Positions 30,521 through 40,347 of a DNA stretch of 64,000 bases are shown one piece after another. Made by a program: the position numbers and the translations under genes. Origin of the DNA: Candidatus Marinacidobacterales bacterium (GTDB lineage Bacteria; Acidobacteriota; Vicinamibacteria; Marinacidobacterales; DATDRI01); the NCBI GenBank assembly GCA_965219415.1, contig CBDCNP010000002.1, positions 3,680,001-3,744,000 of the forward strand, written 5' to 3'. How positions within the stretch are numbered: the stretch's first letter is position 1; every line of letters begins with the position of its first letter. Under the pieces are notes generated by a model. It searched no databases. It was not told where the DNA came from and saw nothing but the letters and a program-made list of their open reading frames with translations.

Positions 30521-31492
30521 TGATGAGGCATCGGATAATTATATTCTTCGCGGTCTTGTTTGTAACAATCTCTTTCTCCGCGAATTTTAGGGTGGTCATG
30601 TATTCAAACGGCGGTGAAGAGAAATGCGACATTCTTATCGAGAATGCAAAGATTGTCGATGGAACAGGAAACCCCTGGTTTCGAGGAGACATCGGAATTT
30701 CAAAAGACACGATCACGGCCATAGGTCACCTTAAAGGAAAAACGGCAGACCAAATCATCGATGCCAAGGGAATGGTCGTCTCCCCGGGATTTATCGATCT
30801 GCACAGCCACTCCGATGACAGCTTCGGTAGTCCAAAGTCAAACGCCAATCTCAGCATTCTTACTCAAGGAGTTACCACGGTTGTGACAGGTAATGACGGA
30901 GGCGGCTCATTCGAGATTGCCGAGACGAAAGCGAAATGGGAGAAACTGGGTATTGGAACCAACGCCATCCTTCTGGTCCCGCACGGCACTGTCCGAGAAT
31001 ACGTCACTGACGAGGCACCCCGAGCCGTTACGAAAAAAGAGCTAGAGAAGATGAAGTCGATTGTCAGGCAGGCAATGGAGGAAGGAGCCTGGGGTTTGGG
31101 TACAGGCCTACAGTACCGCCCCGGCCGCTATGCCGATACAGAAGAAGTCATTGCGCTCGGCAAAGTTGTCGCTGAATTTGGAGGAGTCTACAACAGCCAT
31201 CAACGCCATGAAGGAAAATACATGGTTGAAGCCACTCAGGAAACGATAAGAATCAGCGAAGAGACCGGCTTACCCGGCAATGTGACGCATGTTAAGGCGG
31301 GGGGAAAAGGCAGTGCTTGGGGATTGATGAAAGAGGCTGTGAAAGTAATCAACGACGCTCGGGCCAAAGGGCTGAGCATCACCGCAGACATGTATTCCTA
31401 CGCGGAGGCGGGAGGAGGGTCGCTATCATCGGTCTTTAACATTCCCGGCGACATGGAGCCTTTGGCAGGATTGAGGAAAAAAATGAGGGATC
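30521..31492 (+). pseudogene. N-acyl-D-amino-acid deacylase, C-terminally truncated
   Basis: SPGFIDLHSH; collinear with the 28358..30058 paralog up to KMRDR, then similarity stops. Confidence 0.85.
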
Positions 31493-32089
31493 GTCATAGA
31501 CGCCACCCAATCTGCTGGGGCGGTTCCAGTCGATGTCACATCTTCCGAGGTTGATGCGTTGGTCAGCTCAGCCTACAAGTGGCTTTGCGGGCCATTCGGC
31601 GTTGCAGTTATTTATCTAGCACCCGATTTACAGAACAAATTGGAGCCTGGTTTGGTCGGCTGGCGGAGCCATAAAGACATGTGGGATTTTCAGGCAGACC
31701 GGCTAGAATATCCGGACACGGCCAAGCGGTTTGAGTTCAGCACAATGGCCCACGGCTGTCCCATCGGCCTGGCGCGCTCCATTGAATACCTTCTAGAAGT
31801 GGGGGTGGAGAGAATCTTCGAGCATAACAAGCTTCTATCTTCTGTGCTTATTCAGGGGTTGGAGGAACGAAATGCAGAGATTATCTCACCACAGAATGAC
31901 GAAGAACGGTCATCCATAGTTGCCGCTCGTTTCCCAGGAGAAAATTCATCTGAAATTGCAAAACGTCTCAACGAAGCAAGAGTGATGGTCTCAGCCAGAA
32001 AAGACTTCATAAGATTTTCTGCCCATCTCTATAATGAAGCCGAGGATATTCAGAAGGCTTTAGAGGAGATCGACAGAATCTTGAATTGA
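31490..32089 (+). pseudogene. Class V aminotransferase / cysteine desulfurase-like PLP enzyme, N-terminally truncated
   Basis: VIDATQSAG, SAYKWLCGP (PLP lysine), IRFSAHLYN; no own start codon or RBS. Confidence 0.85.
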
Positions 32090-32143
32090 ACTCCTGCGTT
32101 ACTTCATCGATAGATCGTCTGCAAGCATACAGGGCTAGTCTGA

Positions 32144-33550
32144 ATGGACCGAAACACGACCCACGACGGCAGCGCCGAGCTGGTACGCGGACTCGGCTTA
32201 CTAGACTCCACCTTCCTTGTCATCGGAATCACCATCGGCTCGGGGATCTTCCTCACCACCGGCGTCATGGCCGAGTCTTTGCCATATCCGGGCTGGTTGC
32301 TCGTCGCCTGGGCGGTGGGGGGTCTGCTGACGATGGCCGGAGCACTGACCTACGCGGAGCTCGGAGCGGCGATGCCGGAGGCGGGGGGGCAGTACGTCTA
32401 CCTGCGGGAGGCCTATGGCCCTCTGTCGGCATTTCTGTTCGGTTGGATCATCTTCCTGGTGTACCAGCCGGGCGCCGTCGCCGCCGTGGCCACGGGCTTT
32501 GCCGTGTACATGGGCTATTTCTTGCCCGGTCTCGCCATCGACAACGTGCTCGTCTCGGCCGTGGTGGGGGGGAAGAGCCTAACCCTTTCCGCCGGACAGC
32601 TCGTCGCGGTCGCCATCATCATCTTCCTCACCGGGATGAACGTGCTCGGCCTCCGCATCGGAGCGCTGATCCAGAACGTCTCGACGATCCTCAAGGTCGC
32701 GGCGATCGCGGTCTTCATCGTCCTGGGTCTCTGGGCCGGTCGCGGTCCGGCGCACGAGCTCCCAACCCTGCTGGGAGGAGGAGAGAGTCTCTCGCTCCTA
32801 AGTGGCTTCGGTGTGGCACTGATTGCGGTCCTTTGGTCGTACGATGGCTTCACCAATCTCAACTTCTCCGCCAGCGAAATCAAAGAACCGGCCCGGACTC
32901 TGCCACGGGCGCTCATCCTCGGGACTGCGGCGATAACCGCCACCTACCTCCTCGTGAATGTGGTGTACGTCCTGGCGTTACCCATTGCCGAGATGCAGGG
33001 GGTGCTTTCCGTGGCGGAGAAGGCGGCCTCGGCACTCCTGGGCCCCGGGGCGGCCACCTTCATTGCCGCTGCGATCGTGATCTCCACGTTCGGGTCCACG
33101 AACGGGTCGATCCTGGCGGGCGCACGGGTCTACTATGCCATGGCGGAAGACCGGCTCTTCTTTCGGTCGGTCGCCCGCGTTCATCCCCGCTACCGCACGC
33201 CTCATGTCTCCCTCTGGCTTCAGTGTTTCTGGGCGTCTGTCCTGGCGCTCTCAGGGACCTTCGAGCAGCTCTTTACCTACGCCACCTTCGCGGTGATTCT
33301 GCTCTACGTGGCTGCCGCGGCTAGCGTCTTCACTCTCAGGCGCACGCGTCCCGACCTCCCGCGCCCCTATAAGGTGTGGGGATACCCGGCAGTTCCGGCG
33401 TTCTTCCTGACGTCCGTAGTCGCCATCGCGATCACCGGCCTCATCGAGCGGCCTCTGGAGTCGTTCTCCGGACTCGGCGTCCTGGTCCTCGGCGTTCCCG
33501 TGTACTACTTCTGGAGACACAAAGGCCTGAGACGGGATTCCAAGGCTTGA
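32144..33550 (+). CDS. APC family (LAT-type) amino acid permease
   Basis: IGSGIF, YAELG..MPEAGG.YVYL, WSYDGF, LRRTRPDLPRPY. Confidence 0.95.
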   Translation: MDRNTTHDGSAELVRGLGLLDSTFLVIGITIGSGIFLTTGVMAESLPYPGWLLVAWAVGGLLTMAGALTYAELGAAMPEAGGQYVYLREAYGPLSAFLFGWIIFLVYQPGAVAAVATGFAVYMGYFLPGLAIDNVLVSAVVGGKSLTLSAGQLVAVAIIIFLTGMNVLGLRIGALIQNVSTILKVAAIAVFIVLGLWAGRGPAHELPTLLGGGESLSLLSGFGVALIAVLWSYDGFTNLNFSASEIKEPARTLPRALILGTAAITATYLLVNVVYVLALPIAEMQGVLSVAEKAASALLGPGAATFIAAAIVISTFGSTNGSILAGARVYYAMAEDRLFFRSVARVHPRYRTPHVSLWLQCFWASVLALSGTFEQLFTYATFAVILLYVAAAASVFTLRRTRPDLPRPYKVWGYPAVPAFFLTSVVAIAITGLIERPLESFSGLGVLVLGVPVYYFWRHKGLRRDSKA

Positions 33551-33568
33551 TCAAAAGTGGCCTGACTT

Positions 33569-34745
33569 TCAGGAAGCACTACGTGTATCGCCAGTAACAA
33601 GATCGACTATGTAATACGCTAAAGTACTCGGAAGTGTCGAGGAGGCATTGGTGAAAAGGACCATGCCTATGTTGTCATCAGGCAAAAAAAGCACCTGTGT
33701 GCTTGTGCCTGTGGCGCCCCCAGTATGAAAAACTACTTTGTGGCCGTGATATGTTTCAAGAAACCATCCCAAACCATAATTTTGAAACGCATCAACTCTG
33801 CGCGGTCGGCTTATATGCATATGCGGCGTGACTAATTCCTTGAAACCTGCTTCTGAGAGCAGTTCTTTTCCAGCATGTTTCCCCTGATTGAGATTAAGAA
33901 TGACCCATATGAGCATATCGTCGATATTGGAAGCGAGCGTTCCTGCCGGCCTGATAGCCGTGCCCTCGAATTCAAATTCAATTCTTTTGACAGAGCCATC
34001 TTCAATGGCATGAGGGAAGGCGATATTGTGCTGGAAAGGGGAGGTCTTCTTCCGATAAATCTGTGAACTCCGTCCTCGTCATACCCAACGGTTCTAATAT
34101 TCTGTCGTGGATAACTTCTTCATATGTACTGTTTGCAACCTGACCGGCAACATAGCCGCCAGCCATGAACATTACATTGTTATATTGAAATCTCTCCCGG
34201 AACCCCACGTTGAGATCAGCGTTTTGTATGCTGGCAACCATCTCTTTCCGCGTCAGGGTACTCCCCATCCAGCTTACCGCACTCTCCGGAACGCCGGTCC
34301 GGTGAGTGACCAGGTCTTTCACGGTGATATGCGTTGAAACATAGTCATCATTATGAACGGCAAATGTCGGCACATAAGTACGGACGGGAGCGTCCCACTC
34401 GACGAGCCGCTCATCAACAAGCATGGCGAGCGCTGTCGTGGTAAAGGGTTTCGTGGAAGATCCGATAAGAAAAATAGACTGGGAACCAAGCGGAACACCT
34501 GTATTGGTATCTCTGGTTCCAAAACCCTCGGCAAGAATCACGTTGCCGTCTTTCATGATCCCCACCCCAAGCCCCGGGACTTTGGTTTCCTCCATCGTCT
34601 TTTTGATGTGTGCGCGTAGTGTTTCAAGTTGTTGTTCTTCAGTTTGACTTGCTTTCTGCACACTAGCGCGACAGAAAAATAAAGTAAGCAACAACAATGG
34701 GAGCGCAATCACCCCCCGGTAGTTTCCTTCCTTAATAGGCGGCAT
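33569..34745 (-). pseudogene. Class C beta-lactamase-family serine hydrolase, frameshifted (~34040) and C-terminally truncated
   Basis: Signal peptide, SSTK, YNN, YGLGW, HTG motifs across two frames. Confidence 0.85.
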
Positions 34746-34762
34746 TTATTGAACCTCGGGTC

Positions 34763-35933
34763 TTACTCGCTTAGCTCCTCCCGAAGGCGCTCGCCAATCG
34801 TCGTTTCCTGCCCGTCGACGATGCAGTCCACGGCGGCGACTAGCGTATCGACCAGAACGACGGTGGCGATGCTTGGATCGCCCACCGCGAGGGCGTCCGA
34901 CACCTGCTGGGCGGACCCGACCGCTCGAAGTAAAGCGAACCGCAGCGCAATTCACGGGTGCTTCGAGCAGGCGCTCATCCATCGTGAAATACTTCGGCCG
35001 AGCCTCGATTCCCGAGAGCCCCTGAAGCTTATCGAGGATCCGGTCTACACGACGCCCGTAGCTGGCCCAGCGCGCCTCGTGATCCATGGCCAACCATTCA
35101 TCGAGCGCGACCACGGTGCCCACGACCATCTGGCGGTCCATTTTGAAGGCCCGGCCGAACGTTCGGTAGAGCCCCGACTCGAACTCAGTGAAATCGACGC
35201 CCGCCACAGCATCCATGAGCTCCCGGCGGCCGCAGACAAACCCGCCCCCGTTCGGCCCGCCAAAGTACTTGGCACTGAAGCAAGCGAGGTCTGCGCCTGC
35301 CGCGGTGAAGCTTCCGAGGAAACTCGTCGGATAGTTCATGTACGCTGCGTCTACGAAGGTCGGGACGCCGTGCTCCCACGTTACCTCGAGCGTTTTCTTC
35401 AGGTCCAGAGTGTTGCCCTTGCCGTCGAGATGCGCCGGGAAGAGCAGCATCGCTGTGCGGGGACCGAGCACCTTCCGAAGCTGGTCGGCATTCGTTCCGT
35501 TCTTGTCTCCGGGCTCCACCAGTCTCGCGCCCGCCATCCGCGCGCAGCGGTCGTACTTGAACCGATGATTGTGTTGGATGACGACCTCGGCCTTGGTAAG
35601 GCCGGTGGTATCAGGCAGGCGCTCCCAGGCAGCGCCGTCCATCCCCGTCATGCAGGCGGCGGTACCCAAGGCGATGGCGGACGAGGCGCTGGGGGTGACC
35701 CGCGCCGACTCCGCGCCCACCAGCTCGGCGAGGTGCCGTCCGGTCGTCTCGAGTAGGTCCACCATGCTCACGTAGGATCGGTTGACCTCTTCCATGGCGG
35801 CCCAGACGGTGGGGGAGAGGATCGACCCACCGAGATCTGTATAAACTCCGCAGGCGTTAATGACGGGTCGGATACCGAGACGGCCAAAGATCGCCGGGGA
35901 TGTCGCCTCTGACGTTCGGGAAAACTTGCTCAT
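34763..35933 (-). CDS. SelA-like (DgaE-type) PLP-dependent enzyme, frameshift near C-terminus (~34915)
   Basis: LGIRPVINACG..T.LGGS, VDAA, FSAKYFGGP, GRAFKMDR; the likely true tail ...GDPSI...IGERLREELSE is in the shifted frame. Confidence 0.82.
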
Positions 35934-35986
35934 TGACTTGTGAAAACCCCTTGAGACACCCTCGGACCCCTCTCAACAAAGAGCGG

Positions 35987-36016
35987 ATTCTACTGTCGGT
36001 TTGCTCAACATGTCAA
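35987..36016 (-). promoter_or_regulatory. Putative sigma70 promoter with an overlapping TCAACA-repeat operator
   Basis: Minus strand TTGACA-N18-TAGAAT; TTGCTCAACATGTCAACAA overlaps the -35. Confidence 0.5.
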
Positions 36017-36106
36017 CAAATTGATACGGTTCGATTCATGGTCTGATAGCGGTGTTGCTGTTCCTATGATTTTCTTCATAAGGGTGTAAACTACGCAAAT
36101 GGAGCA

Positions 36107-37324
36107 ATGACTATGAAAGCTTGGTACGTCGCACTAGCTGGCCTCCTGCTTCTCGGAGGCGCACTCTGGTTCGGCCACGTCGAACCCGATCCATCGGAGA
36201 AGCATCATCAACCGCGCCCTCGGAGCGGCACGTTCAGTTTCGATGTCTACGTCGACGACGGCACGATCCACCTCGTTCTCGCGGACTACGATTCTGGCTC
36301 GAAGACGCCCCGTCTACTGCATCGTCGCTCCGACGACGGGGGCGAAAGCTGGTCCGAACCCGTGCGCATCGACGGGAAAGCGACGCCGGCCTACCTGCCC
36401 TATCGAGGTGTCGATCCCCAAATCGCCGCCTTCGAGGACGAGCTCGTTGTCGTCTGGACGACGGCGGGCGACGACGTCTTCGGGTACGGGACGGGACCTC
36501 TCGCGACGGCAGTATCTTCGGACGGCGGCTCGAGCTGGCATCCGGGGCCGGACCCTTCCGACGACAACCTGACGACGGCGCACGAGTTCATCGATATGGC
36601 GGCCGGCGCCGACGGAGGTTTCCATCTCGTCTGGATCGATGATCGTGACGAGACGAAGGGCATTCGCCGCGGCCTGCGTTACGCACGCTCCTCGGACTCC
36701 GGCACCCACTGGAGCGCGAATACCACGATCGACGAGCACATCTGCGGCTGTTGCTGGACGCACCTCCGCACGGGTGGTGACGACCTGTACCTTCTCTACC
36801 GTGACGAGCATCCGGACCCGAGCGATATGAGGCTCGCCTTCTCTTCCGACAGCGGCAACGACTGGGAAGAACGATCGGTCGTCGGCCAGTTCGATTGGAT
36901 GCAACAGGGATGCCCGCACACGACGGGAGGTCTCGCTCAGACGGAATCGTGGCTTCACGCAGTCGTTCAAACGGGAAAAGAGGGCGAGGCCGGAATCTAC
37001 CACCTTGTCAGCGAGAACCAGGGTCGTGATTGGTCCGACCTGCATCGGCTGGTGGGTGAAGAGGGGCACTACGCGGACTTGGCTGCGTCGTCTGACGACG
37101 TCGCCATCATCTGGCAAGAGCAAAGGGGCACGCGTACGGTCATCGTCGGTGCGCAATCGCACGATGCGGGAAAAAGCTGGAACTCCCCCAGCATCCTTTC
37201 CGACACCGACGGTTCCGCAAGCTACCCGCGCGTCGTGGCGACAGGAGACGGCTTCCGCGCGTTGTGGACGGAATCCGAAGACGGCAGGAAACACACCTGG
37301 ACTAGCGTGGCCTTGAACCAGTGA
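36107..37324 (+). CDS. Secreted BNR/Asp-box repeat (sialidase-like fold) protein
   Basis: Six S.D.G..W boxes, CGCC and GCPH motifs. Confidence 0.85.
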   Translation: MTMKAWYVALAGLLLLGGALWFGHVEPDPSEKHHQPRPRSGTFSFDVYVDDGTIHLVLADYDSGSKTPRLLHRRSDDGGESWSEPVRIDGKATPAYLPYRGVDPQIAAFEDELVVVWTTAGDDVFGYGTGPLATAVSSDGGSSWHPGPDPSDDNLTTAHEFIDMAAGADGGFHLVWIDDRDETKGIRRGLRYARSSDSGTHWSANTTIDEHICGCCWTHLRTGGDDLYLLYRDEHPDPSDMRLAFSSDSGNDWEERSVVGQFDWMQQGCPHTTGGLAQTESWLHAVVQTGKEGEAGIYHLVSENQGRDWSDLHRLVGEEGHYADLAASSDDVAIIWQEQRGTRTVIVGAQSHDAGKSWNSPSILSDTDGSASYPRVVATGDGFRALWTESEDGRKHTWTSVALNQ

Positions 37325-37398
37325 TGGTCGTTAAAACCCCTCCCGAGACCTCCGAGCTCAACCTCCACTAAACGCCTGCCCCTTCAAGGACACACGAT

Positions 37399-38395
37399 TC
37401 ACTCCTCGGGCTTGTATTGCCATTGTTGAACCGTTCTTTTTCCTTGGTCAACAACGAAGATTGAGCCGTCATCTGCAACATCAATGCCTCCCATACCGCC
37501 AAACTCATTCTCATCCTCTGCGCCAAAAGCGGTGACGAAGGACCCGTCCTCCAGAAACACTTGAATGCGTTTGTTGCTTTTATCGCCGACATAGATCTTG
37601 TCTTCTGTATCAATAGCGAGTGATTTGGGATCCGCAAACCATCCGTCGAACGGGAACCAGTCGAAGTATGTGATGAAGGTGTTGTAGGCAAACGGGCCAC
37701 CCCATTTGAATTTATATTCCCCGTCTGCCCCATATACTTTTATCCGCTCGTTCCCGGAATCCAGTACGTAGACGAGGTTGCCATCGCGGCTGGTGACCAC
37801 ATCGAGCGGGTAATTGAATTGGTCGACACCAATACCCACGTCATCGGGAGTCCCCAGGTGGAGATGAAGTCACCTTCGGCCGTGTGACGTACCACCCGGT
37901 GATTATAAAAATCCATAATGACGATATTGCCGTTACCGTCGATGGTCAGGGCGGTCGGCCCTTCCATTTCACCATCACCGGTTCCAAGGCTGCCAAAAGA
38001 CCGTTTGAAGGTACCGTTCGGGTCGAACACGTCAATCCGGTTGTTTTCGTACGCGGCTACGTAAAGCTCACCGCCGCTAAAATATATGTTCCACGGTCTC
38101 TTGAACTCTCCATGAGCCTCGCCTTCCTTACCGAATTCGCGCCGATAATTGCCCTCCAAATCAAAGACTTTGATTTTGTGAATATTGACGTCGACGACGT
38201 AGACTTCGTCCTCATAGACTTTTAGTCCCGCCGGATAGATGAACTTCCCGGGTTCGCTTCCTGGTCCTCCCCAAACGCTAACCAATTTGTAATCACTGTC
38301 CAGTTCCTTGGTCATGAAAGCAGCCGCACTGAGCGCTGCTAGAACACAAATATGGCGAAGATCGTCAAGAGCAGATAAATGATGGTTTTCTTCAT
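37399..38395 (-). pseudogene. NHL-repeat protein with frameshifts (~38345, ~37845)
   Basis: Repeated G.G.G.F..P.....D...YV.D..N.RI units; signal anchor MKKTIIYLLL in a shifted frame. Confidence 0.8.
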
Positions 38396-38411
38396 AGCCC
38401 GCCGGACTTTT

Positions 38412-39335
38412 TCAGTCTGACCCGCCAAAATACAATCCGTCTTTGATCACACCCTTTTCAATAAGCACGTCAAGCTCAGCGACATCGTGAGCAATGACAA
38501 TGTGTGGGCCGTTTTGTCGCACTTGCTGCAACCATCGGATTACCGATGCTAAAGCCTCTCGATCCTCACCAAGCTTAGAACTAAGAGCGAGTGGTCTTTG
38601 CGAGCCGCTCTCAATAGCGGTCATCACCCAAACTACATCGCCGACAAGCAGCAGTTCTGTTCCACTATCAAGCTTGACATACACAATTTGAGAACCCGGT
38701 GTATGTCCAGGCGCCTTGATCAGGACGACTCCCTTTGCAATTGGCAATAATTCTTCATACCTGACTGACAGAAATTGGTCCGCACGTTCCTGAGAAATCT
38801 GAATACCTGGGTGATCCGGCCCCTCTACAAGAGTTTCCAGCTGCTCGGTAGTTAGCAAAGCTCGCCTCTCTGCGTCGGCAGCCCAGGGGCCGCGTATAAG
38901 TCCTGCGATGTGGTCGGCATGCTCATGGGTCGCAACCATTAGGCTAGCACCTCGAAATGCCTCACCAACAAGCTCGAAGTCTTCGTCGGAAAATTCGACG
39001 TCCCAATCGATCATCTCTTTCTCGGCACCTCCGTCCACCATGATCCAACCGTCGGGAAATCGAATCTGGAAGACTCCAACGGCCCCTGGGGCAAGGTCCG
39101 ACGGCGCGTCTTCGACCCACGCAGACAACGGCTCCGAGTAGTAGGCAAATCCCTGGAAGCGAACCTCGAGCGGCAGGTCCCCTGGGACCATACGCGACGC
39201 TGCACGAACTCGCTCGATTAGCCCGTCGTCGAACTGCTGGGCTTGGACCGGCTGCACTATGGCAAGGATGAGGACAACGACGACGATTTCACTTATCCGG
39301 ATAATGCCGCTATGGCCAAGTTTTTTCATTGCCAT
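38412..39335 (-). CDS. Secreted metallo-beta-lactamase-fold hydrolase
   Basis: THEHADH, PGHTPGS, LVGD, AHD. Confidence 0.88.
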   Translation of the reverse strand: MAMKKLGHSGIIRISEIVVVVLILAIVQPVQAQQFDDGLIERVRAASRMVPGDLPLEVRFQGFAYYSEPLSAWVEDAPSDLAPGAVGVFQIRFPDGWIMVDGGAEKEMIDWDVEFSDEDFELVGEAFRGASLMVATHEHADHIAGLIRGPWAADAERRALLTTEQLETLVEGPDHPGIQISQERADQFLSVRYEELLPIAKGVVLIKAPGHTPGSQIVYVKLDSGTELLLVGDVVWVMTAIESGSQRPLALSSKLGEDREALASVIRWLQQVRQNGPHIVIAHDVAELDVLIEKGVIKDGLYFGGSD

Positions 39336-39427
39336 ATTTTGCCGCTCTTAACTTGTACGGTCAACGTTATTTACGTAACTATCGATAGTCAACTCCCTTC
39401 ATTGCCCGGATGCTCGTAACACGGAGC

Positions 39428-39461
39428 TTGACATATCGACCCCTAGACTTGTATAGACAAG
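39428..39461 (+). promoter_or_regulatory. hut promoter with HutC operator
   Basis: TTGACA at 39428; near-palindrome CTTGTATAGACAAG (39448-39461) matches the enterobacterial HutC operator and overlaps the -10. Confidence 0.85.
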
Positions 39462-39481
39462 CATAGGCAACCGCCCTACAG

Positions 39482-40276
39482 GTGACGTTTCATATGCGAG
39501 AGAACACCGGCCTCGAGAATGACCTTCAGCGGATGAGGCACTTCGTCCATTCGACCGCGAGGTCACCCCAGCCCATTTACCAGAAAGTCAAAAAGTTCAT
39601 TGAACAGCAAATGTTGTCGGGTGCTTGGCCGCCTGACATGAAAATTCCTTCGGAAAACCAGTTAGTTAAGATTCTGGGGATTTCCAGGATGACCGTTCAC
39701 CGCGCTCTGCGCGAGCTGACTGTCGATGGACATTTAGTGCGTCTCCACGGCGTCGGCACATTCGTTGCAGCACCCAAAGCACGTTCGGCGCTGCTTGAAA
39801 TAAAGAGCATTGCTGAAGAAATCAAAGATCGGGGTGGGATCCACACCAGTAAGCTCCATCTCTTGGAAGAAGAGCCGGCCTCCCCGCATCTGGCAGCCGC
39901 CATGGGCCTGCCGATGCGAGGCCTCATATACCACTCGATCACCGTACATCGTGACTCCGGTCTCCCCGTTCAGCTCTCCGACCGATATGTCAATCCTGTA
40001 TTCGCGCCCGACTATATCAAGCAGGAGTTTTTGAAAATTACGCCGAGTGAATACTTGCTGAAGGTCGCACGCCCCGACGAAGTGGAACATGTGATCGAGG
40101 CATCCATGCCGAATACGCAAATGCAGTCACTTCTTGAAATCGCCGAGTCCGAGCCGTGTCTCATTCTTCATCGCACGACCTGGGTCAAGGGTCTATTAGC
40201 CACAAACAATCGCATAGTATGGCCCGGTTCTCGTCATAGCATCGGCGGTCGATTCCGGCCGATGTCACAGGCATAA
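39482..40276 (+). CDS. hutC: Histidine utilization repressor (GntR-UTRA)
   Basis: IPSENQL...SRMTVHRALREL...GVGTFV, IAEEI..RG, RYVNP..APDY; start uncertain. Confidence 0.93.
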   Translation: MTFHMRENTGLENDLQRMRHFVHSTARSPQPIYQKVKKFIEQQMLSGAWPPDMKIPSENQLVKILGISRMTVHRALRELTVDGHLVRLHGVGTFVAAPKARSALLEIKSIAEEIKDRGGIHTSKLHLLEEEPASPHLAAAMGLPMRGLIYHSITVHRDSGLPVQLSDRYVNPVFAPDYIKQEFLKITPSEYLLKVARPDEVEHVIEASMPNTQMQSLLEIAESEPCLILHRTTWVKGLLATNNRIVWPGSRHSIGGRFRPMSQA

Positions 40277-40347
40277 CGCATGACCAGGTAGGAGTTTTCT
40301 TGTTTTTTTGCGTCAACGATACCTGTATTTTTTTTAGGAGATGACAG

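Noticed and set aside
34763-35933. Selenocysteine synthase selA
   Set aside because: Lacks the SelA N-terminal domain and SGDKLLGGPQ motif; no selB, selC or selD in the window
38412-39335. Antibiotic-resistance beta-lactamases (this MBL and the two class C-like fragments)
   Set aside because: Only fold-level motifs; such hydrolases are mostly unrelated to resistance and two are broken
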